From positions 3,232,001 to 3,296,000 of the forward strand of contig CBDCJH010000002.1 in assembly GCA_965217775.1 (NCBI GenBank): a stretch of 64,000 nucleotides of DNA. Direction: 5' to 3'. Both the position numbers and the translations under genes were made by a program. The first letter of the stretch is position 1. Each line of letters opens with the position of its first letter. The DNA is from Acidobacteriota bacterium. GTDB lineage: Bacteria; Acidobacteriota; UBA6911; RPQK01; JAJDTT01. Positions 17,015 to 27,273 of the stretch are shown in pieces. A model generated the notes under the pieces. It searched no databases and had not been told where the DNA came from. It saw only the letters and a list, made by a program, of their open reading frames with translations.

Positions 17015-19932
17015 AGCGACTGGGTCCGAAACCGGGAGAGATCCTGGACCGCAGCCGGACGCTCTCCTTCCGCTTCGACGGCAAGACCTGCGAAGCTCAT
17101 CCGGGGGACACGGTGGCCTCCGGCCTGCTGGCATCGGGGGTGAGGATCTTTTCCCGCAGCTTCAAGTACCATCGGCCCCGCGGACTGCTCTGCGTCTCGG
17201 GCAACTGTCCCAACTGCCTCATGAACGTCAACGGGACGCCCAACGTGCGCACCTGCATGCAACCCGTCCAGGACGGGGACGAGGTCAAGTCCCAGCACTG
17301 CTGGCCGTCGCCGCGCTGGGACCTGCTCTCCCTGATCGAGCGGCTGGATGCCCTGATGCCGGTGGGCTTCTACTACAAGACCCTGATCCGGCCCCGGCTC
17401 ATGTGGCGGCTGGCGGAACCCATCATCCGGCGCCTCGCCGGGCTGGGCAGCCTCAAGCACTCGACGGGCAAGCCGCCTCATTACGAGCACCAGCACCTCC
17501 ATACCGAAGTCGCCGTCGTGGGAGCAGGAGCCACCGGAATGGCGGCCGCCCTGGCCGCCGCCGAAGCCGGCGCCCAGGTGGTCCTGGTGGAGAGCGAATC
17601 CGACCTGGGTGGCCGACTCAGGTCCCAATCCGGTCCGGTCCTCGATCCGGACACCGGCGCCTCAATTGCCGGTTTCGAGTTGGCCCTTAGCTGGAGCCGG
17701 AAGGTCCTGGACCATCCCGGAATCCAGGTTCTGACCGGGTCGCTGGCCTTCGGCGCCTACGAGGGCCGGCTCCTGAGCATCGCCCGGGGGAACCGGCTCA
17801 TCCATCTCCGGTACGACCAACTGATAGCGGCGACGGGCAATCATGAATATCCCCTGGTGTTCGCTGGAAACGACCTGCCGGGCGTGATGCTCGGTTCCGG
17901 GGTGCGGAAGCTCTTGAACCTGTACCGGATTCGGCCCGGGACACGGGCCGCCGTAGTGGTCTCGGACGACGAAGGTCTGGAGTTGGCGCTGGAGCTCCAC
18001 GACTCGGGCGTCGAGCTCTCGGTGGTGGCGGACCGGCGCTCCGACCCGCCCGGGAGCCGCGCCGCCCGCCGCCTGGATGATCTGGGCGTGGCCCATCTCC
18101 GCTCGTCGTACCCCGTCGCTGCCCAGGGAAGCCGGAGAGTCGAGACGTTGAGAGTGGGCTCCGGCCCGGCTGACGGGGCTTCGAACCGGCAGCGGCTGTC
18201 CACCTACATCTGCGACCTGGTGTGCCTCTGCTCCCCCTGGTCGCCGGCCATCGAGCTCCCAAGGCAGGAAGGGGGCAAGGCCCGCTTCGACACCGTCATC
18301 AACCAGCACGTCTGCGAGTCCCTTCCGGAGCACGTCCAGGCGGCGGGCCACCTGGAGGGCGTCCAGGATCTGGCCTCCCGTCTCCGCCAGGGACGGACCG
18401 CCGGGCTGAGGGCCGCTGCGGCCGTCCGTCCGCTGGAAGGGGAGGCGGCCCGGCGACTGGATCAGCTCGACCGGATGGACCGGCAACGGCGGGAGGAGGC
18501 TCGGTCCGGGAAGGCCCGGGAGGAGATCCCATTCCTCCGCCAGAGCCCGGGAGGCGAAAAGGCCTTCGTCTGCCTCTGCGAGGACGTGACGGACAAGGAC
18601 GTGGCCAACGCGGTCCAAGAAGGGTTCCGCGAGATGGAGCTCCTCAAGCGCTACACCACCGCCACCATGGGCCCTTGTCAGGGCAAGATGTGCCAGATGC
18701 TGTTGGCCGGCGCCTGTGCCCGGGAGACCGGCCGCACGCTGCACGAGACCGGCCGAACCACGTCCCGGCCACCGGTGGCTCCCGTTTCCCTCGGGGTCCT
18801 GGCGGGTCCCCACCACCACCCGGTCAAGTTGACGCCGCTTCACGAGCGGCACCAGGCCGCCGGCGCCAAACAGATGGCCATGGGGGAGTGGATGCGTCCC
18901 TTCAGCTACGGGAAACCGGAGGAGGAATGGAGGGCGGTCCGGGAGCGGGTGGGAGTCATCGACGTGAGCACCCTGGGGAAACTGGAGGTCCAGGGCCGCG
19001 ACGCCGGCAAGCTGTTGGACCTGGTCTACACCCACCACTTCTCCAACCTGAAGCCGGGTCGAATCCGCTACGGCGTCCTCTGCGGTGAGGACGGCATCAT
19101 CCTGGACGACGGCACCGTCAGCCGCTTGGCCGAGGACCACTTCTACATCACCACCACCACCGGCAACATCTCCTTCGTGGAGCAGTGGCTGGACTGGTGG
19201 GCCGTGGTGTCCCGTTTCTGCGCCCACGTCACCGAAATCACCGCAAACTTCGCGGCCGTGAACCTGGCCGGCCCCAAGGCCCGGCAAGTCCTTTCACGGC
19301 TGACCGACCTGGATCTCTCCAACGAGTCGTTCCGCTACATGCGCTGCCGCACGGCGACGGTGGCCGGGGTTCCCGCGCGGCTGCTCCGGATCGGGTTCGT
19401 GGGGGAGACGGGCTGGGAGATTCACGTCCCCGCCTCCTGCGGCGTCTACCTGTGGGACACGCTGCTGGAAGCGGGAGCCGATCAAGGGATCGCTCCCTTC
19501 GGCGTCGAGGCTCAGCGGATCCTGCGGCTGGAGAAGAAGCATTTCATCGTGGGGCAGGATACGGACGCCCTGAGCAATCCCATCGAGTCGAGCATGGGCT
19601 GGGTGTTGAAAATGGAGAAGCCGGACTTCATCGGCCGGCAGGCGCTCCAGAAGGCCCGGGAGGAGGGCGCTCACAACCGGCTGGTCGGTTTCGTGACTTC
19701 CCGGCGGGTTCAGGAGGGGACCGCCGTGGTCCGGGACCAGCAGCCGGTGGGGCGCGTCACCAGCGCCCGCTGGATCCCTCATCAGAACCGCTGCATCGGA
19801 CTGGCGTGGGTCCCGGAAGAAGATTCCGCCGACGGCTCGCCGATCCGGATCAGTCACGAGGGGTCGTTGCTTCCGGGACGGGTGCACGCCGCGCCGTTCT
19901 ACGATCCGAAAGGCTCGCGGTTGAGAGGTTGA
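17011..19932 (+). CDS. soxA: Sarcosine oxidase alpha-like subunit (MgdC-like) with 2Fe-2S, Rossmann, BFD-like and GcvT domains
   Basis: ATG at 17011. RSFKYHRPRG, GAGATG, CLCEDV..GPCQG, DVSTLGK, LRLEK, FYDPKG. Confidence 0.9.
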   Translation: MKRLGPKPGEILDRSRTLSFRFDGKTCEAHPGDTVASGLLASGVRIFSRSFKYHRPRGLLCVSGNCPNCLMNVNGTPNVRTCMQPVQDGDEVKSQHCWPSPRWDLLSLIERLDALMPVGFYYKTLIRPRLMWRLAEPIIRRLAGLGSLKHSTGKPPHYEHQHLHTEVAVVGAGATGMAAALAAAEAGAQVVLVESESDLGGRLRSQSGPVLDPDTGASIAGFELALSWSRKVLDHPGIQVLTGSLAFGAYEGRLLSIARGNRLIHLRYDQLIAATGNHEYPLVFAGNDLPGVMLGSGVRKLLNLYRIRPGTRAAVVVSDDEGLELALELHDSGVELSVVADRRSDPPGSRAARRLDDLGVAHLRSSYPVAAQGSRRVETLRVGSGPADGASNRQRLSTYICDLVCLCSPWSPAIELPRQEGGKARFDTVINQHVCESLPEHVQAAGHLEGVQDLASRLRQGRTAGLRAAAAVRPLEGEAARRLDQLDRMDRQRREEARSGKAREEIPFLRQSPGGEKAFVCLCEDVTDKDVANAVQEGFREMELLKRYTTATMGPCQGKMCQMLLAGACARETGRTLHETGRTTSRPPVAPVSLGVLAGPHHHPVKLTPLHERHQAAGAKQMAMGEWMRPFSYGKPEEEWRAVRERVGVIDVSTLGKLEVQGRDAGKLLDLVYTHHFSNLKPGRIRYGVLCGEDGIILDDGTVSRLAEDHFYITTTTGNISFVEQWLDWWAVVSRFCAHVTEITANFAAVNLAGPKARQVLSRLTDLDLSNESFRYMRCRTATVAGVPARLLRIGFVGETGWEIHVPASCGVYLWDTLLEAGADQGIAPFGVEAQRILRLEKKHFIVGQDTDALSNPIESSMGWVLKMEKPDFIGRQALQKAREEGAHNRLVGFVTSRRVQEGTAVVRDQQPVGRVTSARWIPHQNRCIGLAWVPEEDSADGSPIRISHEGSLLPGRVHAAPFYDPKGSRLRG

Positions 19933-19934
19933 CC

Positions 19935-20615
19935 ATGCCGGACGTTTGGACTCCGCTCCGCCGATCCCCCTTGCATGCCCGGCTCCAGGCGGCCGGAGCC
20001 GTTTTCGAAACCGAGTCGGGTTGGCCCCTGGCCCGGAATTTCGGGGACCCGGAAGCGGAGTTTCAGGCCGGCAGCACGGGTGTCGCCCTCTCGGACCTGA
20101 GCTGGAGCGGGAAGTGGCAGGCCAAGGGCCGGCATCTGGACCAGGATCTCGGACCCAGCGTTTCCGGGGAAGTCCCGGCGCCCGGCCGCGTGGCCGGCAC
20201 CCGAACCGGTTGCCTCTGCCGGCTCACCCCAGGCGAGGCTCTGTTCCTCTTCCAACCCACGGCGCCGGAACACCTCTCGGAATCTCAGGACGGCGACGGG
20301 TGCCTTCACTTGCTGGATCGAACCGACGGACTCGCCCTGATGGTGCTGTGGGGGCCCGAATCCCGGCGGGTTCTGGCCAAGCTCACCACCCTCGACCTGA
20401 GAGAGGCGTCCCGTCCCCACGGGACCTGCGCCGCGGCGCCCATGGCGGGTGTCCGGGTTCTGCTGGTCCGTTGGGACCGGGGCCGAGTTCCCGCCTACCA
20501 GATCGTGGTGGGCGCCGAGTACGGCGCCTATCTGTGGGACATGCTCCTGGACGCGGGGCGGGAGTACGGCCTCCGGCTCTGCGGTCTGGACGCCTGGGAA
20601 CGATTGGAGGAATAG
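19935..20615 (+). CDS. soxG: Sarcosine oxidase gamma-like subunit (MgdD-like, GcvT fold)
   Basis: ATG at 19935. RRSPLH, VLAKLTTLDL, YLWDMLLDAGREYG. Confidence 0.82.
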   Translation: MPDVWTPLRRSPLHARLQAAGAVFETESGWPLARNFGDPEAEFQAGSTGVALSDLSWSGKWQAKGRHLDQDLGPSVSGEVPAPGRVAGTRTGCLCRLTPGEALFLFQPTAPEHLSESQDGDGCLHLLDRTDGLALMVLWGPESRRVLAKLTTLDLREASRPHGTCAAAPMAGVRVLLVRWDRGRVPAYQIVVGAEYGAYLWDMLLDAGREYGLRLCGLDAWERLEE

Positions 20616-20618
20616 CGA

Positions 20619-21830
20619 GTGTCACGACTGTTTCGTTTCGATCCCATGTGGGAGAGCCACCCCCTGCGGGACCGCTACGACGTGGTGGTGATCGGCGCCG
20701 GCGTCCACGGACTGGCCACCGCCTACTACCTGGCCCGCCGGGGGATCACCGATGTCGCCATCCTGGAGAAGGGCTACCTGGGATCGGGAAACAGCGGGCG
20801 CAACACGGCCATCCTCAGGGCCAACTACCGGACCCCGGAAGCCATTCCCTTCTACGCCGAGAGCCTGGCCCTCTACGAGGAACTCTCCGACGACCTGGAC
20901 TACAACCTGCTGTTCTCCCAGCAGGGCCACCTGACCCTGGCCCACACGGAAGCCGCCATAAACGGCCTCTGGGTGCGGGCCGAGGCCAACCGCATCATGG
21001 GGGTCAAGAGCCGAATCATCGGTCCGGATGAGATCCGGCGCATGGTCCCGGCCCTTGACACCTCTACCGCCCCCCGGTATCCGATCATGGCTGCCCTCTA
21101 CCACGCTCCGGGCGGGATCATCCGCCACGACGCCGTCGTCTGGGGGTACGCCCACCAGGCCAGCCAACTGGGCGTCGAGGTCCATCCCCATACCGAGGTC
21201 CTGGACCTGGGCCTCCAGGAAGGTAGCATCGCCACCGTCCACACCAACCGGGGAACGATCAAAACCGGCGCCGTGGTCAACGCCACCTCCGGCTGGTGCT
21301 CCCTGATCGCGGCCATGGCCGGCGTGGAACTTCCCGTGGTCAGCCATCCGCTTCAGGCCTGTGTGACCGAACCCATGGAACCCATCCTGGACAAGGTCAT
21401 CGTTTCGGCCAACCTCCATGTCTACGTGAACCAGACCCCCCGGGGAGAGTTCGTGATCGGGGCCGAGATCGACCCTTATCCCTCCTATCACCTGGGTTCC
21501 ACCCTGCCGACGCTCAAGTCGATGGCGTTCCACACCCTTGAATTGTTTCCGGACCTGCACCAGGTCAAGGTCCTGCGCCAATGGGGCGGGATCTGCGACA
21601 TGACGCCCGACTACAGTCCCATCATCGACGAACATCCGGAAGTCGGGGGGTTCTACATGGACGTGGGATGGGGAACGTACGGGTTCAAGGCCGGTCCGGC
21701 GGGCGGCAAATGCCTGGCGGAGCTGATCGCCACGGGAAGGACGCCCGATCTGATCCAGCCCTTCCGCCTGAGCCGGTTCCACGAGAATAGGCTGGTGGGA
21801 GAGAAGGCCTCGGCCGCCGTCTCACACTAG
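20619..21830 (+). CDS. soxB: Sarcosine oxidase beta-like FAD subunit (MgdA-like)
   Basis: GAGVHGLATAYYLA, GNSGRNTAILRANY, RHDAVVWGYA, GWGTYGFKA. Confidence 0.9.
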   Translation: MSRLFRFDPMWESHPLRDRYDVVVIGAGVHGLATAYYLARRGITDVAILEKGYLGSGNSGRNTAILRANYRTPEAIPFYAESLALYEELSDDLDYNLLFSQQGHLTLAHTEAAINGLWVRAEANRIMGVKSRIIGPDEIRRMVPALDTSTAPRYPIMAALYHAPGGIIRHDAVVWGYAHQASQLGVEVHPHTEVLDLGLQEGSIATVHTNRGTIKTGAVVNATSGWCSLIAAMAGVELPVVSHPLQACVTEPMEPILDKVIVSANLHVYVNQTPRGEFVIGAEIDPYPSYHLGSTLPTLKSMAFHTLELFPDLHQVKVLRQWGGICDMTPDYSPIIDEHPEVGGFYMDVGWGTYGFKAGPAGGKCLAELIATGRTPDLIQPFRLSRFHENRLVGEKASAAVSH

Positions 21831-21995
21831 TTGTCGCCGTCGGCACAGCTCGACCGGCAGTGCTGGAGGGCTTGAAACCGGAGCCCCAGCGCGCGTACTC
21901 TCCGCACTACGCTGGGGGCTTCGACGAACTCGCAGAGACCCGGACACCCCGGCACGATTGAGGTCCGAAACACAACTGAATTCAGGGGAGAAGTC

Positions 21996-23333
21996 ATGAG
22001 CGGACTGGACGAGACTCGAAGACTGGTGGACGAGGGCGAACTCGAATTCTTTCTCTGTTCCTTCGTGGAGATGGGGGGCATGCCCAAGGCCAAGCTGGTC
22101 CCGGCCAAGTGCATCGAAGACATGGCCGTCGGCAGCGCCGGATTCGCCGGGTTCGCGGCCGGCAACATGGGCCAGGGTCCGCACGACACCGACATGATCG
22201 CCATCCCCGACTTCTCCAGCGTGACCCGGATTCCCTGGCGCCCCAACCTGGCCTGGGTCGCTTCCAACATCGAAGTGGACGAGAAACCGTGGCCCTACTG
22301 TCCCAGAACCATCCTGCAGGACAACCTGGAGCGGGCGCGCCAAAAGGGATACGTCCTCAAGATGGGAGTCGAGCCCGAGTTCATGCTGCTCCGGAGGGGT
22401 GAGGATGGCGGCTACGCCCCCTTCGATCCCCTGGACCGCTTGGACAAGCCCTGTTACGACCTGACGGCGCTCAACCGGAGCCTGGACCTGATGACGACCC
22501 TGGTCCGGTACCTGGACCAGTTGGGCTGGGGCCCCTACGCCAACGACCACGAGGACGCCAACTGCCAGTTCGAAATCAACTGGACCTACTCCACGGCCCT
22601 CCGCACCGCCGACCGCCATACCTTCTATCGCTGGATGGTCAAGGCTCTGGCCGAGGAACGGGGGTTGACGGCCACCTTCATGCCCAAGCCCTTCTCCCAT
22701 CTGACCGGCAACGGCGCCCATTTTCACATCAGCCTGTGGGATGCCGAGACCGACGAGAACCTGTTTCTGGACGAATCCGACGAGAACGGGCTCTCCCAGC
22801 TCGCCTACCACTTCATCGGGGGAATCAAGAAGCACGCCCGGGCCATGACGGCGGTGACCGCCCCCACGGTCAACTCCTACAAGCGGCTGATCCGGGGCGC
22901 TCCGCGCTCGGGAGCGACCTGGGCTCCCGTGTTCGTCACCTACGGGGCCAGCAACCGGACGCAGATGATCCGGATCCCGGGTCCGGGACGAATCGAAAAC
23001 CGGACCGTGGACGGTGCCGTGAACCCCTACCTGGCCGCGTCCGCCACGCTGGCCGCCGGCCTGGACGGGATCGAGAACCAGCTACCGGCCGGCACCCGAA
23101 ACGATCGCAACCTGTATGAGGTCCCCCGGGAACAGTTGAGGGCCGAAGGGATCGACCTGTTGCCCGAAAACCTGTCGGATGCCATCGACGCCCTGGAACA
23201 GGATCCGGTGGTCCTTGGGGCCCTGGGGTCTCCCTACGGCGAATACTACGTCCAGATGAAGCGGGAGGAGTGGAAGGCCTACCACGACTCGGTCTCGCAG
23301 TGGGAGGTCGACCGATACCTGGGGCAGTTCTGA
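21996..23333 (+). CDS. gmaS: Type III glutamine synthetase-like protein (GlnT); gamma-glutamylmethylamide synthetase
   Basis: KAKLVP, GFAGFA, NDHEDANCQFEIN, SGATWAP, NRTQMIR, adjacent to the mgs/mgd genes. Confidence 0.88.
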   Translation: MSGLDETRRLVDEGELEFFLCSFVEMGGMPKAKLVPAKCIEDMAVGSAGFAGFAAGNMGQGPHDTDMIAIPDFSSVTRIPWRPNLAWVASNIEVDEKPWPYCPRTILQDNLERARQKGYVLKMGVEPEFMLLRRGEDGGYAPFDPLDRLDKPCYDLTALNRSLDLMTTLVRYLDQLGWGPYANDHEDANCQFEINWTYSTALRTADRHTFYRWMVKALAEERGLTATFMPKPFSHLTGNGAHFHISLWDAETDENLFLDESDENGLSQLAYHFIGGIKKHARAMTAVTAPTVNSYKRLIRGAPRSGATWAPVFVTYGASNRTQMIRIPGPGRIENRTVDGAVNPYLAASATLAAGLDGIENQLPAGTRNDRNLYEVPREQLRAEGIDLLPENLSDAIDALEQDPVVLGALGSPYGEYYVQMKREEWKAYHDSVSQWEVDRYLGQF

Positions 23334-23418
23334 ACCTCGTCTCCCGCTCAGGGCCTTCGAAATCTCAATTCAGGATTAACTTGGCGGCGCCCGGCCGTCT
23401 ACGGAACCAGAAATTCTC

Positions 23419-24303
23419 ATGCAGGGTCTGACGCTGTCGCTGTTGGCCTGCCTGTGCGTCTCGGTCAACTACATCACCGGGAAGTTCGGCGTCACCGGCT
23501 TCGGTCCGGACAGCTTCAGCCTGGTCTGGATCACGGCGGCCACCGTCTACACGCTGGCGGCCGTCCTGGCGACGGGGCGCGCCAGCCAGTTGCGGCTCCC
23601 TCGAGCGGTCCGGGGGCGGATTCTGGCCATGGGCATTCTCACCGGGCTGCAGATGCTCCTGTTCTGGTGGAGCCTGGACCTGCTCGACGCCCCGTTCGCA
23701 GCGTTCCTCGGGCGCTTCGAACCGGCCCTGACCATCCTGCTGGCCGGCCTCCTGTTGGGCGAGCGGCTCCGGTTCCGCGAGGGACTGGCCATAGGCGTCA
23801 TGATCGTGGGCGGGTGTTTCAGCACTGCCGGCGTTTGGCAGGAGGTGGGATTGGGCGTCCTGCTGGTGATGCTGGCCTGTTTGACCATGTCATTGCAGTT
23901 CGTCCTGGGCAAGAACCTGGCGGGAACGGTCCATCCCGGCATCATGGTCTTCTACCGTGCGGCCTGCGCGTCGGCGATGATGTTCCTGTGGGTCGCGGGA
24001 CCGGGAGAAGCCCGCTTCGACGTCGCTCCCTTCTACTGGGTGATGACCCTGGCCGGGGCGTTTCTGGGTCCCTTCGTCGGATACACGCTGCTGTTTCACT
24101 CCTACCGCTTCTGGGACCTGACCCGCACGTCCATGGCCATGACCCTTCAGCCCCTCTTCGTACTCCCCCTGGGGCTGATTTTTCTTCCGGAGCAGGGACT
24201 GTCCCCGCAGCAACTGCTGGGAGGGCTCCTGATTCTGGCCGGGGCGCTCTGGCTGATCGCGATTCACCGGGGCCACAGGAGTCCGGCCGCCGAGTCCCGG
24301 TGA
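23419..24303 (+). CDS. EamA/DMT family transporter
   Basis: 294 aa, about 10 TM segments, LLLGERL motif. Confidence 0.88.
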   Translation: MQGLTLSLLACLCVSVNYITGKFGVTGFGPDSFSLVWITAATVYTLAAVLATGRASQLRLPRAVRGRILAMGILTGLQMLLFWWSLDLLDAPFAAFLGRFEPALTILLAGLLLGERLRFREGLAIGVMIVGGCFSTAGVWQEVGLGVLLVMLACLTMSLQFVLGKNLAGTVHPGIMVFYRAACASAMMFLWVAGPGEARFDVAPFYWVMTLAGAFLGPFVGYTLLFHSYRFWDLTRTSMAMTLQPLFVLPLGLIFLPEQGLSPQQLLGGLLILAGALWLIAIHRGHRSPAAESR

Positions 24304-24379
24304 CGGTCCCGGAAGATTGACTCTCTCAGGTCCTTTGGATAGTTTCGACTCAACTGGAAAACTGGAAAGGAGCCATGTC

Positions 24380-25984
24380 ATGACCTCAAACAGTGCGGCG
24401 TTCCCGACGATTCGAGCCTACGGAATTGCCCTTTTTCTCTGCTTGCTCGCAGGGCCTCAGCTGCAGGCCGCTCCGCCCGGAGACAGTGCCGGCCTCACCC
24501 ATATCGGTAGTAACAAGCAGTTGTTCATCGACGACTACATCATCCACCGGATGGACCACGTCAAGCGGGTCCTGAACCCGGCGGTCAAGGCGCCCAACAA
24601 TCCCATCATCGAAGCCGACCGGCCCTGGGAGAGCAACTACCTGCGGTGCAACCAGGTGGTCTACGACCCCAAGGACGGGCTGTTCAAGATGTGGTACACC
24701 TCCTACCGGGAATTCCGGGGCACCAAGGACGCGGGAGACGGCTACCGGACCGAATGGAGCCGGGACGGAGACGGCTACGCGAGGGAAAGAGTTCCGGACC
24801 CCTACCACTATTTCAACGATCCCAACGGCTCCCACCAGGCCTTTTGCTTCGCCACCTCCAAGGACGGATTCAACTGGGAGAAACCCAACCTGGGCCAGGT
24901 GGAGTTCCAGGGCTCCCGGGACAACAACATCCTGCCTCCGGGAACCCGCTTTCCCAACATGCTGGATCCCAACGAGAAAGACCCCTCCCGCCGCTACAAG
25001 TCCGCGGCCGACGACTACAAGTACCACGGTTACCATTTCGGACGGATCAACCTCTACCACTCACCCGACGGGATCGAGTGGACCACGGCGCCCGAGAACC
25101 GGGAGATGGACATCTCCGACAAGCAGGGCCGCTGGGGACCCAACAGCTTCATGGGCTGGGATCCCATCAAGGGGGTCTACGTGACCCACATCGAGAGCTG
25201 TCTGCACCGGCGCTGCCCCCTGGGAAAACGGATCACGGGACGGTCCGAGAGCCCGGACTTCATCCGCTGGTCGGAGGTGGAGACCATCATGATCCCCGAT
25301 GACCGGGATGCGCCGGACGTCGAGTTCTACGCCTTCCCGGCCTTTACCTATGAGGGCGTCTACATCGGCGTCCCCTGGATCTTCCAGACCACCGAGGGGC
25401 TTCACTATCCCCAACTGGCGTTCAGCCGCGACGGCATCACCTACGAGCGCCCCTTCCGAGAAGCCTTCGTCAAGCTCGGCGACACGGGCGATTTCGACGA
25501 GACCACCCTCTACCTGAGAAACCCGTTTTTCCAGAATGGGCGGATCTGGTTCTACTATTCGGGTGGCAACTGGAGAGGTCCCGAGCCGCTGTACGAACGG
25601 GGCGACACGCAACTTTTCGCCATCGGTCTGGCCACCCTTCCCGAGGACGGCTTCGTCTCCCTGATCGCCGGCAAGCTCGATCCCGGCAAGGTGTTGACGC
25701 GGGTCATCACCTTTACCGGGAACAGCCTCTACGTGAGCATGCAGGCCGCCAAGCATACCTGGGGATCGGGGCCGGCCCAGGTCAAGGTGGAGATCCTGAA
25801 CTCGGCTCACACTCCCGTCTCGGGATTCACACTCCAGGATGCCGACAACCTGGATTCCACGGGTAAGCACCTGGTGACCTGGGGCGGCAATAGCGACGTG
25901 GGACACTTGGCAGGGAAACCGGTGCAGCTTCGATTCACCGTGCGCAACGCCAAGCTCAACGCCTTCCAGTTCCTGGAGAAGTGA
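24380..25984 (+). CDS. Secreted five-bladed beta-propeller glycoside-hydrolase-like protein with C-terminal beta-sandwich
   Basis: Signal peptide, QLFIDD, repeated S.DG..W Asp-box motifs, DGFVSL. Confidence 0.75.
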   Translation: MTSNSAAFPTIRAYGIALFLCLLAGPQLQAAPPGDSAGLTHIGSNKQLFIDDYIIHRMDHVKRVLNPAVKAPNNPIIEADRPWESNYLRCNQVVYDPKDGLFKMWYTSYREFRGTKDAGDGYRTEWSRDGDGYARERVPDPYHYFNDPNGSHQAFCFATSKDGFNWEKPNLGQVEFQGSRDNNILPPGTRFPNMLDPNEKDPSRRYKSAADDYKYHGYHFGRINLYHSPDGIEWTTAPENREMDISDKQGRWGPNSFMGWDPIKGVYVTHIESCLHRRCPLGKRITGRSESPDFIRWSEVETIMIPDDRDAPDVEFYAFPAFTYEGVYIGVPWIFQTTEGLHYPQLAFSRDGITYERPFREAFVKLGDTGDFDETTLYLRNPFFQNGRIWFYYSGGNWRGPEPLYERGDTQLFAIGLATLPEDGFVSLIAGKLDPGKVLTRVITFTGNSLYVSMQAAKHTWGSGPAQVKVEILNSAHTPVSGFTLQDADNLDSTGKHLVTWGGNSDVGHLAGKPVQLRFTVRNAKLNAFQFLEK

Positions 25985-27234
25985 TGCGGGTGAAGAGCAC
26001 GACTCTCCGAACGCCCACGTTGTTGGCTGCAGCCGTGTTTCTGCTGGTGGCGGCATCGGGACAGGCCCAGCAGAGCGAGGCCCCGAAGGGACCGGCCGCG
26101 GTCATTGACGCCTCCAAATACGAGTCTCTCCAAGAGGCTTTGGACGCGGTCCCCGAGGCCGGCGGGCTCGTTCAACTGCCGCCAGGAGACTTCCCATTGG
26201 AGCAGCCGTTGACCCTGGCCCGGGAGAATACCCGGGTCGTGGGTTCGGGCGCCGCGACTCACCTGATCAACAAGAACACCCAGGGCAAGCCCGCCTTCAT
26301 CGTCCGCAATCCGAAGCGGGATCTGGAACCCAAGGCGCGACTCTGGAGAGTGCAATTGGCCGACTTCCGTATCAGCGGCAACCCCGAAAGCGGCGACGGC
26401 CTGCAGGTGGAGGGGGCCAACGAGATCTACATCGACGGGCTCTCCATCGACCGCAACGGCGGCCACGGCATGAACCTCATCGACTGTTACGAGGATCCCC
26501 GGATCGTCAACTCCATCGTCACCTACAACGGCAAGGCGGGGATGAACGTGCTGGGAGCCCACGACATGCTGGTGAACGCCAACCAGTTCGAGGAGAACCA
26601 GGACGGCCTGCGCTACATCAACGGCTTCAACCTCTGCATGACCGGGAACGTCCTGGACGATCACCTGGGCGACGGCGTCGTCATCGAACGGACCTACGGG
26701 TCGGTGGTCTCGGGCAACATGATCGAGGAGTGCCGGGGCACGGCCATCATTCTGGACCGGGACTGCTACGGCATCACCTTGAGCTCCAACGTGATCGCCC
26801 ACAACCAGAAGGGGGGCATCGACCTGCGGGACGCGTGGGGCTGCGCCGTCTCGGCCAACACCTTCACCCTGATTCCGAAACAGGCCGTGCGGGTGGGTCC
26901 CAATGCCGGCCGGATCGCCATCACCGGCAACGCCTTCTCCAACAGCTACCTGGGCGGGAAGACCAAGTACCACGAGCGGCTGGACGGCGAGTGGCCCAAC
27001 GTCACTCTGGGAAGCGGGATCCTGCTGGAAGGAACGTCGGACATCGCCATCACCGGCAATTCCTTCACCGGCCTCCAGGAAAACGCGGTCCGGACCCTGG
27101 GTGAATGCCAGCGAATCACCGTCACCGGCAACGTGGCCACCGACCTGGGACGTTCCGGATCTCAGAAGGTCCGGGCCTTCGACCTGCAGAACGTGCGTGG
27201 ACTCGTCCGTGGCAACAACGCCGTCGACGACTGA
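25981..27234 (+). CDS. Secreted right-handed parallel beta-helix protein
   Basis: Signal peptide, SLQEALDA..GG.V.LPPG, repeated I(T/S)GN units. Confidence 0.85.
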   Translation: MMRVKSTTLRTPTLLAAAVFLLVAASGQAQQSEAPKGPAAVIDASKYESLQEALDAVPEAGGLVQLPPGDFPLEQPLTLARENTRVVGSGAATHLINKNTQGKPAFIVRNPKRDLEPKARLWRVQLADFRISGNPESGDGLQVEGANEIYIDGLSIDRNGGHGMNLIDCYEDPRIVNSIVTYNGKAGMNVLGAHDMLVNANQFEENQDGLRYINGFNLCMTGNVLDDHLGDGVVIERTYGSVVSGNMIEECRGTAIILDRDCYGITLSSNVIAHNQKGGIDLRDAWGCAVSANTFTLIPKQAVRVGPNAGRIAITGNAFSNSYLGGKTKYHERLDGEWPNVTLGSGILLEGTSDIAITGNSFTGLQENAVRTLGECQRITVTGNVATDLGRSGSQKVRAFDLQNVRGLVRGNNAVDD

Positions 27235-27273
27235 GCCCGGACACCGGTCCTGGCATGATGACGTTGGGCACTA

